Source: Cyanophora paradoxa CCMP329 (lineage: Eukaryota > Plantae > Glaucophyta). Taken from it: a DNA stretch of 64,000 bases. The translations under genes and the position numbers were made by a program. Positions 10,643 through 19,910 of the stretch are shown piece by piece. Within the stretch, counting starts at the first letter, position 1. Every line of letters begins with the position of its first letter. The stretch lies in assembly GCA_004431415.1 (NCBI GenBank), contig QPMI01000029.1, positions 248,001 to 312,000 of the forward strand. Direction: 5' to 3'. The notes under the pieces were generated by a model, which saw only the letters and a program-made list of their open reading frames with translations, was not told the DNA's origin and made no database searches.

Positions 10643-11542
10643 ATGACGCGTCATTACCTTAATATTGATTCCAGGGACCGAGATGATGGAACCCCAACGA
10701 ACTTCACTTATAAAATTCCCCATGCAATCCAAAATGTGAGAGCCTGCAGAGTGACTAACTTTGAGATGTTCAATAACATTTACAATCTCAGCGAAAATGG
10801 AAGTTTGATTACAGGAACCTATGATGCTGGGGATGTAATTAAAACTAAGAATAACACTATTTCAAAAGGGACATATACTTCGGATAGTTTGGTGAATCTT
10901 CTAAATGCCAAATTAGCTTCACAGGTGTATGGTGCAGCAGGAACTACCTATACTCGCCATTTCTACGTTACATATGATCCTGTTACCATGTTTCTAAGGT
11001 TCATGTGCGATGCAACATTTACCCTCACCTTTGGAAGTCGGATTTTAGCGAACTTCCTTGGTTTCCCAGATCGCAGACCTGACAGTTCTGAAAATGGTTA
11101 CGCTTCTGCCCTGCTCGATTCACCTGTAACAGTTGGAGCTAATACTTATAATTACTACATTGACAGTGCTATACCGCTTGATCTTCTGTTTAACTCTTAC
11201 ATCCTTCTACATGTCGATCCACTCAAAGGCAATTATGTTAGCAAGAATACCAGTGATGATAAAGCCCTCGCAAAAATCGAGATTGATCAAACGGTAGGCA
11301 GTCTGCTAAAATACGATTCATCGAATAATTCCATGATCCTGCATGAGCAAAATGGTTTAGTGGAAGTGGAAACGCTAAAAGTTCGTCTCACATACTGGAA
11401 TGGTGCTGAAACGGATATTACCACTGACTGGTCGATGACACTTGAACTCATTACGGAAGATGATAAAGATCTGACCAAGAAAGCATTGAAGAATGTCATT
11501 AAAGAGTTGGAGGGACTCTACTTGCCGTTCTCACGGTCATAG
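10643..11542 (+). CDS. Minor capsid (penton) protein, single jelly roll
   Basis: N-terminal YLNIDSRDR...PTNF...IQNV...NNIYN motif typical of PLV/NCLDV pentons; C-terminal LKVRLTYWNG...DWSMTLE. Confidence 0.85.
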   Translation: MTRHYLNIDSRDRDDGTPTNFTYKIPHAIQNVRACRVTNFEMFNNIYNLSENGSLITGTYDAGDVIKTKNNTISKGTYTSDSLVNLLNAKLASQVYGAAGTTYTRHFYVTYDPVTMFLRFMCDATFTLTFGSRILANFLGFPDRRPDSSENGYASALLDSPVTVGANTYNYYIDSAIPLDLLFNSYILLHVDPLKGNYVSKNTSDDKALAKIEIDQTVGSLLKYDSSNNSMILHEQNGLVEVETLKVRLTYWNGAETDITTDWSMTLELITEDDKDLTKKALKNVIKELEGLYLPFSRS

Positions 11543-11578
11543 GAAATACTGTAGAATAAATTTGTCTCGATATTACAA

Positions 11579-12328
11579 ATGGCAACTCGAAAGACCCAGC
11601 CAAAGAATTTCTTAGCCAAACCAGTTGAGCAAGCGGAACCAGAACGGAAACAGTTTAAGAAATCAAAAGGAACCGCTGCATATGGAACTGGTGATCTCGA
11701 TAAAAATGTTCACCAGACCATGAATGCTCACACAATTGCGCTTACTTCAAACTCAAATGATGATAATGCCCTGGTTGATCAAGTCCCACTGAACCGCATG
11801 CCTGGAGCCAAACGAGGAATCAAGAAAGGACAGTTCAAATCATCGACAAAGGACAAGGTTGCCTCATCATCAACACTGCTGAAACTGCTTGATGGTGGTG
11901 AGCGACTCTACTCAACCTATTCCGAGAAAGACCATCGCAACCGCTACTTTATTCGTTCAACCACTGGTGGACTGAAATCTGTGACATACCAGTATGCTAA
12001 GAGTCTTGTTGATGGTATCGCAGCAGAGACCAAAAACGAAAACAGGATCAAGGAACAGCCAATCACAAAGGAAAAGGTTGAGAAGAAACCAGAAGTAACC
12101 CATGAAGTCATCCCTGAACCTGTTCATGTTGCAAAAGAATCGCCAGCCGAATTGATTGCAAAGACCATCGATTATCAAGAGTCCAACAAAACGGATTTGC
12201 CGGTCCTCAATAAATCGATCCTTCGGGTTGCCACTTCGCAGGCTGATCCAGTCAACTCGATTCCAAATGCTGCCCCAATGGTCTCAGGGTTTGCCAAGCT
12301 CGGTATTAAACCTGGTTATCGCCGTTAA
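11579..12328 (+). CDS. Viral hypothetical Lys-rich protein (249 aa; possible core protein)
   Basis: Long intact ORF co-oriented behind the penton; low-complexity, charged sequence. Role is inferred. Confidence 0.75.
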   Translation: MATRKTQPKNFLAKPVEQAEPERKQFKKSKGTAAYGTGDLDKNVHQTMNAHTIALTSNSNDDNALVDQVPLNRMPGAKRGIKKGQFKSSTKDKVASSSTLLKLLDGGERLYSTYSEKDHRNRYFIRSTTGGLKSVTYQYAKSLVDGIAAETKNENRIKEQPITKEKVEKKPEVTHEVIPEPVHVAKESPAELIAKTIDYQESNKTDLPVLNKSILRVATSQADPVNSIPNAAPMVSGFAKLGIKPGYRR

Positions 12329-12597
12329 GGGACGGCTCACGCATCATTTCCGAATTAAAAAAATCTTGAACATTGTTAGCGCTACGTAACCAATCTTATC
12401 CCGTAGGCTCAAAACTTCTTCATTTTATGGAGGCGTTGTAGAGCGAAGTGAATTATCCACAGATATCACTTTAATCACCTGTTCTACCGGGTTCAGTGGT
12501 AGAAACTTGCAGCCGACAAGTGAGCCTATTTGGTTTCGGTGGCTTTATCATTTTTCCAGCATCTTCTTTCAGAATTGGATGCTCTGCGATTGGGACC

Positions 12598-12674
12598 AAA
12601 ATTTGACAGGAGTTTAATCGCTATATACAGACAGAAAAACTACTTAAAGATTTCTTAACATATATTAAGAGAGT
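12598..12674 (+). promoter_or_regulatory. Shared viral promoter-like motif set, copy 1
   Basis: AAAATTTGAC (12598), TACTTAAAGA (12641), TATATTAAGAGAGT (12661). The same series recurs upstream of polB. Confidence 0.55.
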
Positions 12675-12687
12675 AGAAAAGGACAAA

Positions 12688-12945
12688 ATGCCAATCAGTG
12701 AGGCTCAGAAGCGTGCTACTTACCGTTATCGTAAAACTGAAAAAGGTCAGGAATATTTAAAAAAGTATAATGCGAAATTCGCGAAGCAAATGCGTGATTT
12801 ATACCATACTGATGAGTGTTACAGAGCCATGAGAATCGTTGAGAGTTCCCAGCGTCTCTATGCTTCCAATGCAGTCTGCTTTGTGAAGTATCTCTATGGT
12901 GTCCCGTATTCTAACCGTGGTCGCAAATCGAAATATCTCTGTTAA
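12688..12945 (+). CDS. Small basic protein, putative DNA-binding regulator (85 aa)
   Basis: N-terminal SEAQKRATYRYRK basic helix of the kind seen in small viral DNA-binding proteins. Followed by the hairpin TTTCTCAG...CTGAGAAA (~12951-12977). Confidence 0.7.
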   Translation: MPISEAQKRATYRYRKTEKGQEYLKKYNAKFAKQMRDLYHTDECYRAMRIVESSQRLYASNAVCFVKYLYGVPYSNRGRKSKYLC

Positions 12946-13113
12946 TCGTTTTTCTCAGCGCGATCTGCTCTGAGAAACCCGTGGGAACCGCGCTGGAACC
13001 ACAAATAAAATCTTTCTGTTATTTTTAGAGTTCAATGATCGAGCCAACCCTTTGTTATTTTATGAATGCCCTCGACTAAATATATTTTGTTGGAGACTTT
13101 TGGTTTTGCCGGT

Positions 13114-13175
13114 AAAATTTGACGCGAGTATAAAAGTATTTAAAGAAAACTTTTGTAGGTATATATTAATAGAGT
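13114..13175 (+). promoter_or_regulatory. Shared viral promoter-like motif set, copy 2
   Basis: AAAATTTGAC (13114), TATTTAAAGA (13137), TATATTAATAGAGT (13162), then AAATG at 13186. Confidence 0.55.
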
Positions 13176-13185
13176 GAACAAAGAA

Positions 13186-16100
13186 ATGCCTCGACCAAGT
13201 AATCGAATTTCGAAGAATTTGCAGGATGAGATTCTCGGTTACTACATGCAAGCAAAAGTAGAAGACAAATTGACCCGAGAGCAGGATATCTATTTCTTGA
13301 GAGAATTTACTTTCAAAGCAATTAGAATTCCAAAGTTGATTGATATCAGAGATACACTGAGAGGTATCGTAGAGCCTCGTTTGTATCGCAAGCAGGAGAA
13401 GAAGGAAGCCAGAGCGGAGAGGACTGCAAAGAATGTTGCAAAACGGCAAGCAAAGACCAAAGAAGTGCAGAAATACAAAAGAAATCAGCAGAAGAAGGCC
13501 AAGAAGCAAGAGAGGGTTCACAAATGGAAGTCAAAGCAGGAAGCCAACCAGGTTCAGGTAATGAATGCCATGAATCACTTAGTCGAAGAGCTTACATGGA
13601 AAAACGCTAAGAAAAACCTAATTAACACAATCCATCGGTTTATCACTGAGAAGATAGGATGGGATGATCTCCATAGAAGACTTCAAGAGGCTTTGGACAG
13701 ACACGATGGAATTAAGTTCCAGTTCAAAGTGAAGGCCAATTACAAATACAAGGAGAAGCAAAATGGAAGGTGGACAGGAGAGTACCAATACGCAACCAGA
13801 TATCCAAGCTCAATGCAGTTTTACCTAGTTCTTCCAGCAAATGACCTAACGGATATCGTAAGACAAGCTGTGGATGATCTGCATGAAATCATGACAGCCA
13901 TTGAGTATGCAGAGGTTCACAATATTCTCGAAGTAACCCTACAAATTCTATCTTACACACCTCTGACAGGAAGTTCTTACATTCCTCTTCCAGAAGAGAT
14001 TGAAAAGAGAAAGGCTGTTATCAATCCTAAGAATGAAGACCAAGAATGTTTCCGACATGCTGTTAAGATTGGCTTGCATCACAATGATGTCATTCGAAAC
14101 CACAGATCTGAATTGAAACGATACAATAAGTGGGATAAGGAATTCGATTGGAGTCGCTTTGAGTTCCCAGTCAAGAATGACTCTAGGGTTTACGATCTAG
14201 CTTCGAAGATGATTGGTAGACCTATCAATGTCTACTTCCTTGATAACAAGAAACGAGTCTTCCCTATCCATGTGAACAAGAACCCAGCAGAGCAGCACAA
14301 GACCATTGACCTTTTGATGTGGAGTGATGGGGAGAACACCCATTATGGCTTCATTTCAAGTCTATCGAGACTCATTCCAAGCTCACACAAGGAAACGAAG
14401 TATTTCTGTAAATGCTGCTTGAAGGGATTTACAGGTCAAAGGATCCTCGATAATCACATTAGACTAAGCAGATGCTATGAACGACCAACAGCAACTATTG
14501 ATGTGATGCTGAAGCAGGAAGCTGTATTATGTGGGATCCACAGAGAAATGCAGACAAAACAGTTTGGCATCCGATGTTTGCAGTTGCTGATTTCGAGTGT
14601 CTCCTGAAATCTGTTGAAAGTGTTGTGACTCGTGTTGATGAGAAAGGTGTTAAATACGATTCAAATAATAACGAGATCAACACCGAAATTTACCAAAAGC
14701 ACATCCCTTGCGCTTACAAAATCATGATCATGCATAAGGACAAGATCCTAAGAGAAGTCCTCTACCAGAAACAAGATCCAAACAACGATGATGAGGTAAT
14801 CAATCATTTCATGACAACTCTCAAAAATATGGAGGCTGAGTTGCTTGAAAAGGTGAGAGAGGTCGAGCCAATAAAGATGGATCGATATGATAAAATGAAT
14901 TTCAAAGAAGCCACATGCTGCTACATTTGCGAGGATCAATTCGTTAAATATGGAGAAGAGGGTAAGGTTTTCATTACAAAGAAAGTCAGGGATCATGATC
15001 ATACCACAGGTAAATATCTTGGGCTGCCTGCGATAAATGCAACCTGAGAAGAAGGGTTAACCCTAAAATTCCTGTTATATTCCACAATCTGAAAGGGTAT
15101 GATGGACACTACATTCTAAAAGCTCTCGGTGAGCATGCAGACCCAGGAAAAGAGATCCGCTGTATCGCTGAGAATTTCGAGAAGTTCAAGTGTTTCGACT
15201 TTAACAGCTACAAATTCGTTGATTCCCTGAATTTCATGCAAGAAAGTCTTGACAAACTTGCTAGTAATCTCGGTCACAGAGACAACTATAAATACACCAA
15301 TGAATGGTGTGACAAGCATACAATTACGGAGACCCAAAGAGAACTCCTGATGAGGAAGGGATTCTTCCCTTATGATTACTTGGATTGCCTTGATAGACTC
15401 AGCGAAACTAAACTTCCCAGCAAAGAGGCTTTCTTCTCAAAGCTTAATGATCGTGAAATTAGCGACAGTGACTACAAGCATTGTCAGAAGGTGTGGGATG
15501 CATTTGATTGCAAGACACTTGGAGATTACATGAAGATCTACCTTGAAACCGATGTGTTCCTTCTTGCTGATGTGTTTGGTCACAATTTCCGACAGAGATG
15601 CTATAAAGATTATGGACTTGATCCCATCCATTTCATTTCAGCTCCACATCTCAGTTGGAATGCTATGTTGAAACTTACAAAGGTTGTTCTCGAAAACATT
15701 GATGATGATGAAATGTATCGTATGTTCGAGCTTGGAATTCGTGGTGGAATATCGATGATAACTACGCGGAATGCTCAGGCTAACAATCCATACATGAAGA
15801 ACTTTGATCCAACAAAGCCAATAAAATACATCATCACATGGGATGCCAACAATTTGTATGGATTTGCTATGTGTCAAAAGTTACCTATTGGTGACTTCGA
15901 ATGGATCGATAACGTTGAAGACTTTGATTACATGAAATTTGATGCTGATGGTGAAACTGGGGCATTATTGGAGGTTGATTTGGAGTATCCAGATCATTTG
16001 CATGATGAGCATAGCGATTACCCACTAGCACCTGAATCTATGGTAGTAACTGAGGACATGTTATCACCTTCCCAACTTGAAATGCTTGGTGAAGAAAAGC

Positions 16101-17193
16101 TTCCTGGAAACCGAAAGTTGGTACCCAATCTGAACAACAACACAACTACGTTCTTCACATCAAGAATCTGCAATACTATGTATCAAAGGGTATGATTGTG
16201 AAGAAGATCCATCGAGGGATTGAATTCAAACAATCGGCTTGGTTGAAACCTTACATTGATTTCAATACTGAGAAAAGGAAGCAGGCACAAAATGATTTCG
16301 ATAAGGATTTCTACAAGCTCATGAATAATTCGGTGTATGGAAAAACCATGGAGAATGTCCGGAATCGTAGCAACATCAAACTCTGCCACAACCCAGAGAA
16401 GCAGGCGAAACTGAATGCAAACCCTCTACTGAAAAAGGTTAAGATCATTACCGAGAACCTAACAGCAGTTGAAATGTATCGTGGAACTATTCTTCTCGAT
16501 AAACCAATCTATGTTGGTCAGGCGATCCTTGATTTATCAAAACTGGTCATGTATCAGTTCCATTACGATTACATTCGCAAGAAGTATGGATCGAAAGCAA
16601 AACTTCTCATGACTGACACAGATTCGCTGTATTACATTATTGAGACTGAGGATCTATACAAGGACATGAATTCTGACTCCCATGTGTTTGATCAATCGGA
16701 TTACAGCCCATCACATGTTAGTTACAATCCTAAAAATAAGAAGGTTCCAGGTGTCTTTAAAGATGATGCAGGTGATTTGATTGTTACTGACTTTGCAGGA
16801 TACAAACCAAAGGCATATTCGTACTTGAAGGATTTGAATGTCAAGGCTCTTGGTTTGGAAGAAGATGTGAAAAAAGTGATTGCTAAAAGGTTGAAGGATT
16901 TGTTAAAAGAGAAGTCGAATGCTACAGAAGAAGATGTAAAGAAAGATACTGTAAAGAGGTTGAAGGGAATCCAGAGATGTGTAGTTAAAAACAAATTAGA
17001 GTATAAGCATTTCTATGATACTGTCATGGGGCAAGAGCAGGATCCTGTTACAGTTAGAGGAATTCGTTCAAAGAACCACGAGGTATCAACACTTGAAATG
17101 AAAAAGAGGGCATTCAATGCGCTTGATACCAAGAGGTATCTTTGCGAGGATAAGGTGAATACTCTTGCAATTGGGCATTACAGAACTCGCTAA
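13186..17193 (+). CDS. polB: Protein-primed family B DNA polymerase (Polinton-type), ~1336 aa after correcting three single-base deletions (~14502, ~15022, ~16140)
   Basis: GSSYIPLP...INPKNEDQECF (vOTU-like region), exoI ADFEC, CYIC...RDHDHTTGKYLGAACDKCN (HNH/endoVII-like insert), exoII FHNLKGYDGH, WDANNLYG, KLMNNSVYGKTMEN, MTDTDS. Confidence 0.95.
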
Positions 17194-17254
17194 GGTTAGG
17201 TTAAAGAAATTGATTGCTTATTGTAAGCGGCAAGCAAGCGAGCCTTAGCGAAGC

Positions 17255-18271
17255 ATGGAGCAGGTATTGAGCTATACAAAATATAGACAAAAGCTAATCA
17301 ATGAGGGTGTAAAGTTTGATGAGGATGAATTGAAAAAGAGATTTAAAAACAGTGAATTGAATCAGATTTTCAAGAAGCCTACCAAGCCGAAATCGTTTCT
17401 TAGAATCGTAGCCCCACCCAATTCTTTTCAGGTTGATATTATATATTTCAAGGATTATAAGACAGCAAACTATGGTGTGGATCGCATGCTAGTATTCGTA
17501 GATATTTTGAGTAGGAAGGGTTTTATATTTCCTTTCAAAATGGTCACTGGGAAGGAGAAGAACGATGAGAAGAAGATTGAGATTCTAAACAAATTTAAAA
17601 GCCAAGCTGGAACAGTCCAAGCTCTTTCCGGAGATAAGGAGTTTTCAGGGAATATTTACAAGAAATGGTGTGAGGATAATGGTGTGGTTTTATACACAGA
17701 CATTGCAAAAGATGACCACATTACAGTTGGGGATAAACTCGGAATAGTTGATAGGTTCACAAGAACAATCAAGCAGTATTTAAGGAAGGCTATAAAGTCA
17801 ACTGGGAACTCGAAGTGGACTGAATTTTATGAAGATGTGCTGGCGACTTACAATAACAGTCCACACAGTTCACTGAAGAATGATTCTCCAAATGCTGTGT
17901 ATGGAAATAAAGAAAAGGAAACGTATGTTTACTTTCGTGATTCACTGCATAATAAGCATGTGAGAGAGGGATTACCAAAAGTGCAAGAAGGAGATTATGT
18001 GAGGGCTGTGAATCCAAAGGGAGTTTTCGAGAAAGAGGGTGCAAGGTTCAGTGAGAAAGTGTTTAAGGTGGCTGGTAAAGTTCAGAATAAATACAAACTT
18101 TTGGAGGATAATGAAGGTGAAACAGTTCGTGAAGTTCGAAGGAAATTCAAAATAAATGAGTTGCAAAAAGTAGATAAAGAGGCTGTCGTAAAGATACCAA
18201 CCCAAAAGAGAGTTGAGAGGGTAAAGAAAACCACAAATGTGAATCGAGTGGTTTCCCAAAAGAAGGAATAA
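17255..18271 (+). CDS. int: Retroviral-like (rve) integrase, Polinton type, no chromodomain
   Basis: FQVDII, LVFVDILSRK, SGDKEF, VDRFTRTIK, YNNSPHSSLK..P, and an SH3-like GDYVR...FEK...FSEKVFKV segment. Confidence 0.92.
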   Translation: MEQVLSYTKYRQKLINEGVKFDEDELKKRFKNSELNQIFKKPTKPKSFLRIVAPPNSFQVDIIYFKDYKTANYGVDRMLVFVDILSRKGFIFPFKMVTGKEKNDEKKIEILNKFKSQAGTVQALSGDKEFSGNIYKKWCEDNGVVLYTDIAKDDHITVGDKLGIVDRFTRTIKQYLRKAIKSTGNSKWTEFYEDVLATYNNSPHSSLKNDSPNAVYGNKEKETYVYFRDSLHNKHVREGLPKVQEGDYVRAVNPKGVFEKEGARFSEKVFKVAGKVQNKYKLLEDNEGETVREVRRKFKINELQKVDKEAVVKIPTQKRVERVKKTTNVNRVVSQKKE

Positions 18272-18331
18272 AACAAATCGTAAGAAAGTAGTGAGAAAGA
18301 GATATAATTTGAGAAGTGGATTAACTAAACG

Positions 18332-18693
18332 TTAAGCTTTAATATCAGATCCATCATCTGATTCAATAAATCTTGTAACTGGTTTGAATCTTTGAAATAC
18401 ATCTTTGTGGTGAATTCCTTTTACATACCACCCTTTGTTTACAGGATCCATCTGAGTCCCATACACTTTGCATCGAAATTATCTTTAAATTGAACTTTGC
18501 AGTAGATCTTTTCATTTCTGTATTTAATTTCTTTTTCATTGATCGTTTGGAATTCTTTCAGTAAATCACTATTTGCATCTTCTGTATACCAAAGTTTCAT
18601 TTCATAATCCCATTTTGCTCCTTTCTCTTTTGCGATTTTTCGATCATTGTAATCACAATCAAAGTAAAACCTCTTAATTGTATTTGTCTCCAT
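18332..18693 (-). CDS. Tandem DUF5710-like protein (~120 aa; one single-base deletion at ~18448)
   Basis: Two copies of the motif: YNDRKIAKEKGAKWD...KLWY and FKDNFDAKCMGLRW(D)PVNKGWY. The second copy is restored by adding one G. Confidence 0.7.
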
Positions 18694-18976
18694 TTTTATT
18701 CAGATTATCATATTATTTTTATATGAAACAATCAATGAGGATATAACAATCAGATATAACTTCGATTAAATATAATTAATCGAGATTATGATATAACTTC
18801 GATAAATAAGATTTAAGATATAACTTCGATTAATTGTCTCCATTTTTATTCAGATTATCAGATAATTTGTAATTTGTCTCCAGATTTGTATTATAACTTC
18901 TTAATTGTATTTGTCTCCATTTTCATTCAGATTATCAGATAATTTTTATATGAAAGAATCAATGAGGATTAAACCT

Positions 18977-19226
18977 AGATTATGATATAACTTCGATAAA
19001 TAAGATTTAAGATATAACTTCGATTAAATATAATTAATCAAGATTATGATATAACTTCGATAAATAAGATTTAAGATATAACTTCGATTAATTGTGATTG
19101 AGAGACTGAGAATTTGTTGAATTCTGATTGGTAAAGACTGAGAATCGAGAGGATTTTGATTGGGATTGTTTGATATATTGGGAATTAATCGATGTGGTGA
19201 CAGTAGCCCCACTTTACCATTTTTTT
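18977..19226 (-). repeat. Right TIR (~250 bp)
   Basis: Reverse complement of the left TIR; contains four GATATAACTTCGAT copies. Confidence 0.93.
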
Positions 19227-19910
19227 TGTGGCTGGTGGATGCAAGCGTAAAACAATCTTGTATAGTTTAAGGCTGGAAGGCGCCTGAAAGCGCCGAGAGC
19301 TCCCTGAAATAAATATTTAATCATGATCAAATAAGCAGTACCAGGATCAAAAACATCAAAATATAAACGAGCTCCCGCTTTCGTCCCTTCTGGTTCATGC
19401 ATGCGCATTTAGTTTCGTTTTCGTAAGCGTAGAAGCATAATGTCTTTGCGGAATTTCGCACACCGCGTGTAGGTTCCGAATTCGAAGGCATTTTTTCGCG
19501 GCTAAGAGGACTACCTACTACCTAGGCCCCCGCAGTGCTGGTGTCTAGAGACTGTGGCCGGTAATTCACCAAAAACAATAGACCGAGTAAATTAATTCAC
19601 AGATCTAGCTCTAGTTCTAGTTCGAATTCAAGCTAAAGTGCGCTGCGCTGCTACCGCGCCTTGGACTTCACCGCCTTCAGGGGCGCGAAGGTCATGATAT
19701 TAAGGACAACAATTGCAAAGCAATCACAAGATTCACAAATCAAAGATACAGTAAACTAGCACTAGTTAATTGGCCTTCATCGTCTTCAGAGGCGCGAAGG
19801 TCAGAGAAATAGCCTAAGGTGGCAGGTGTGGCGGCAGAGTTAATTAAGACTCTGCCCTTGATCTTATTAATGTCTCTGCCCTGTCAAGGCTTGGCCTTGA
19901 TCTTTTAATG

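Larger units (their letters stand above)
5661..19225. mobile_element. Endogenous Polinton-like virus (integrated dsDNA virus, Preplasmiviricota-like)
   Basis: Sharp drop in GC, intronless dense ORFs, long TIRs, and pPolB + rve integrase + A32 ATPase + DJR major capsid + penton. Flanks TTGCGG (5655-5660) and TTGTGG (19226-19231) form a 1-mismatch 6-bp TSD. Confidence 0.95.

Noticed and set aside
12329-12597. Additional viral gene or ncRNA in the intergenic gap
   Set aside because: Only short interrupted frames and two modest hairpins; not enough support.
14495-16195. Programmed frameshifting or a genuinely split polB
   Set aside because: No slippery heptamers. Each break is fixed by adding one base in a homopolymer, and the same defect occurs in another viral gene.
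13060-18276. Minus-strand ORFs overlapping polB and the integrase
   Set aside because: Antisense shadows of the real genes with no motifs.
18753-19088. The terminal 14-mer contains ATAACTTCG, the first 9 bp of a loxP arm
   Set aside because: Copies are direct repeats, never an inverted pair around an 8-bp spacer, and the element encodes no tyrosine recombinase. Treated as coincidence, not vector contamination.
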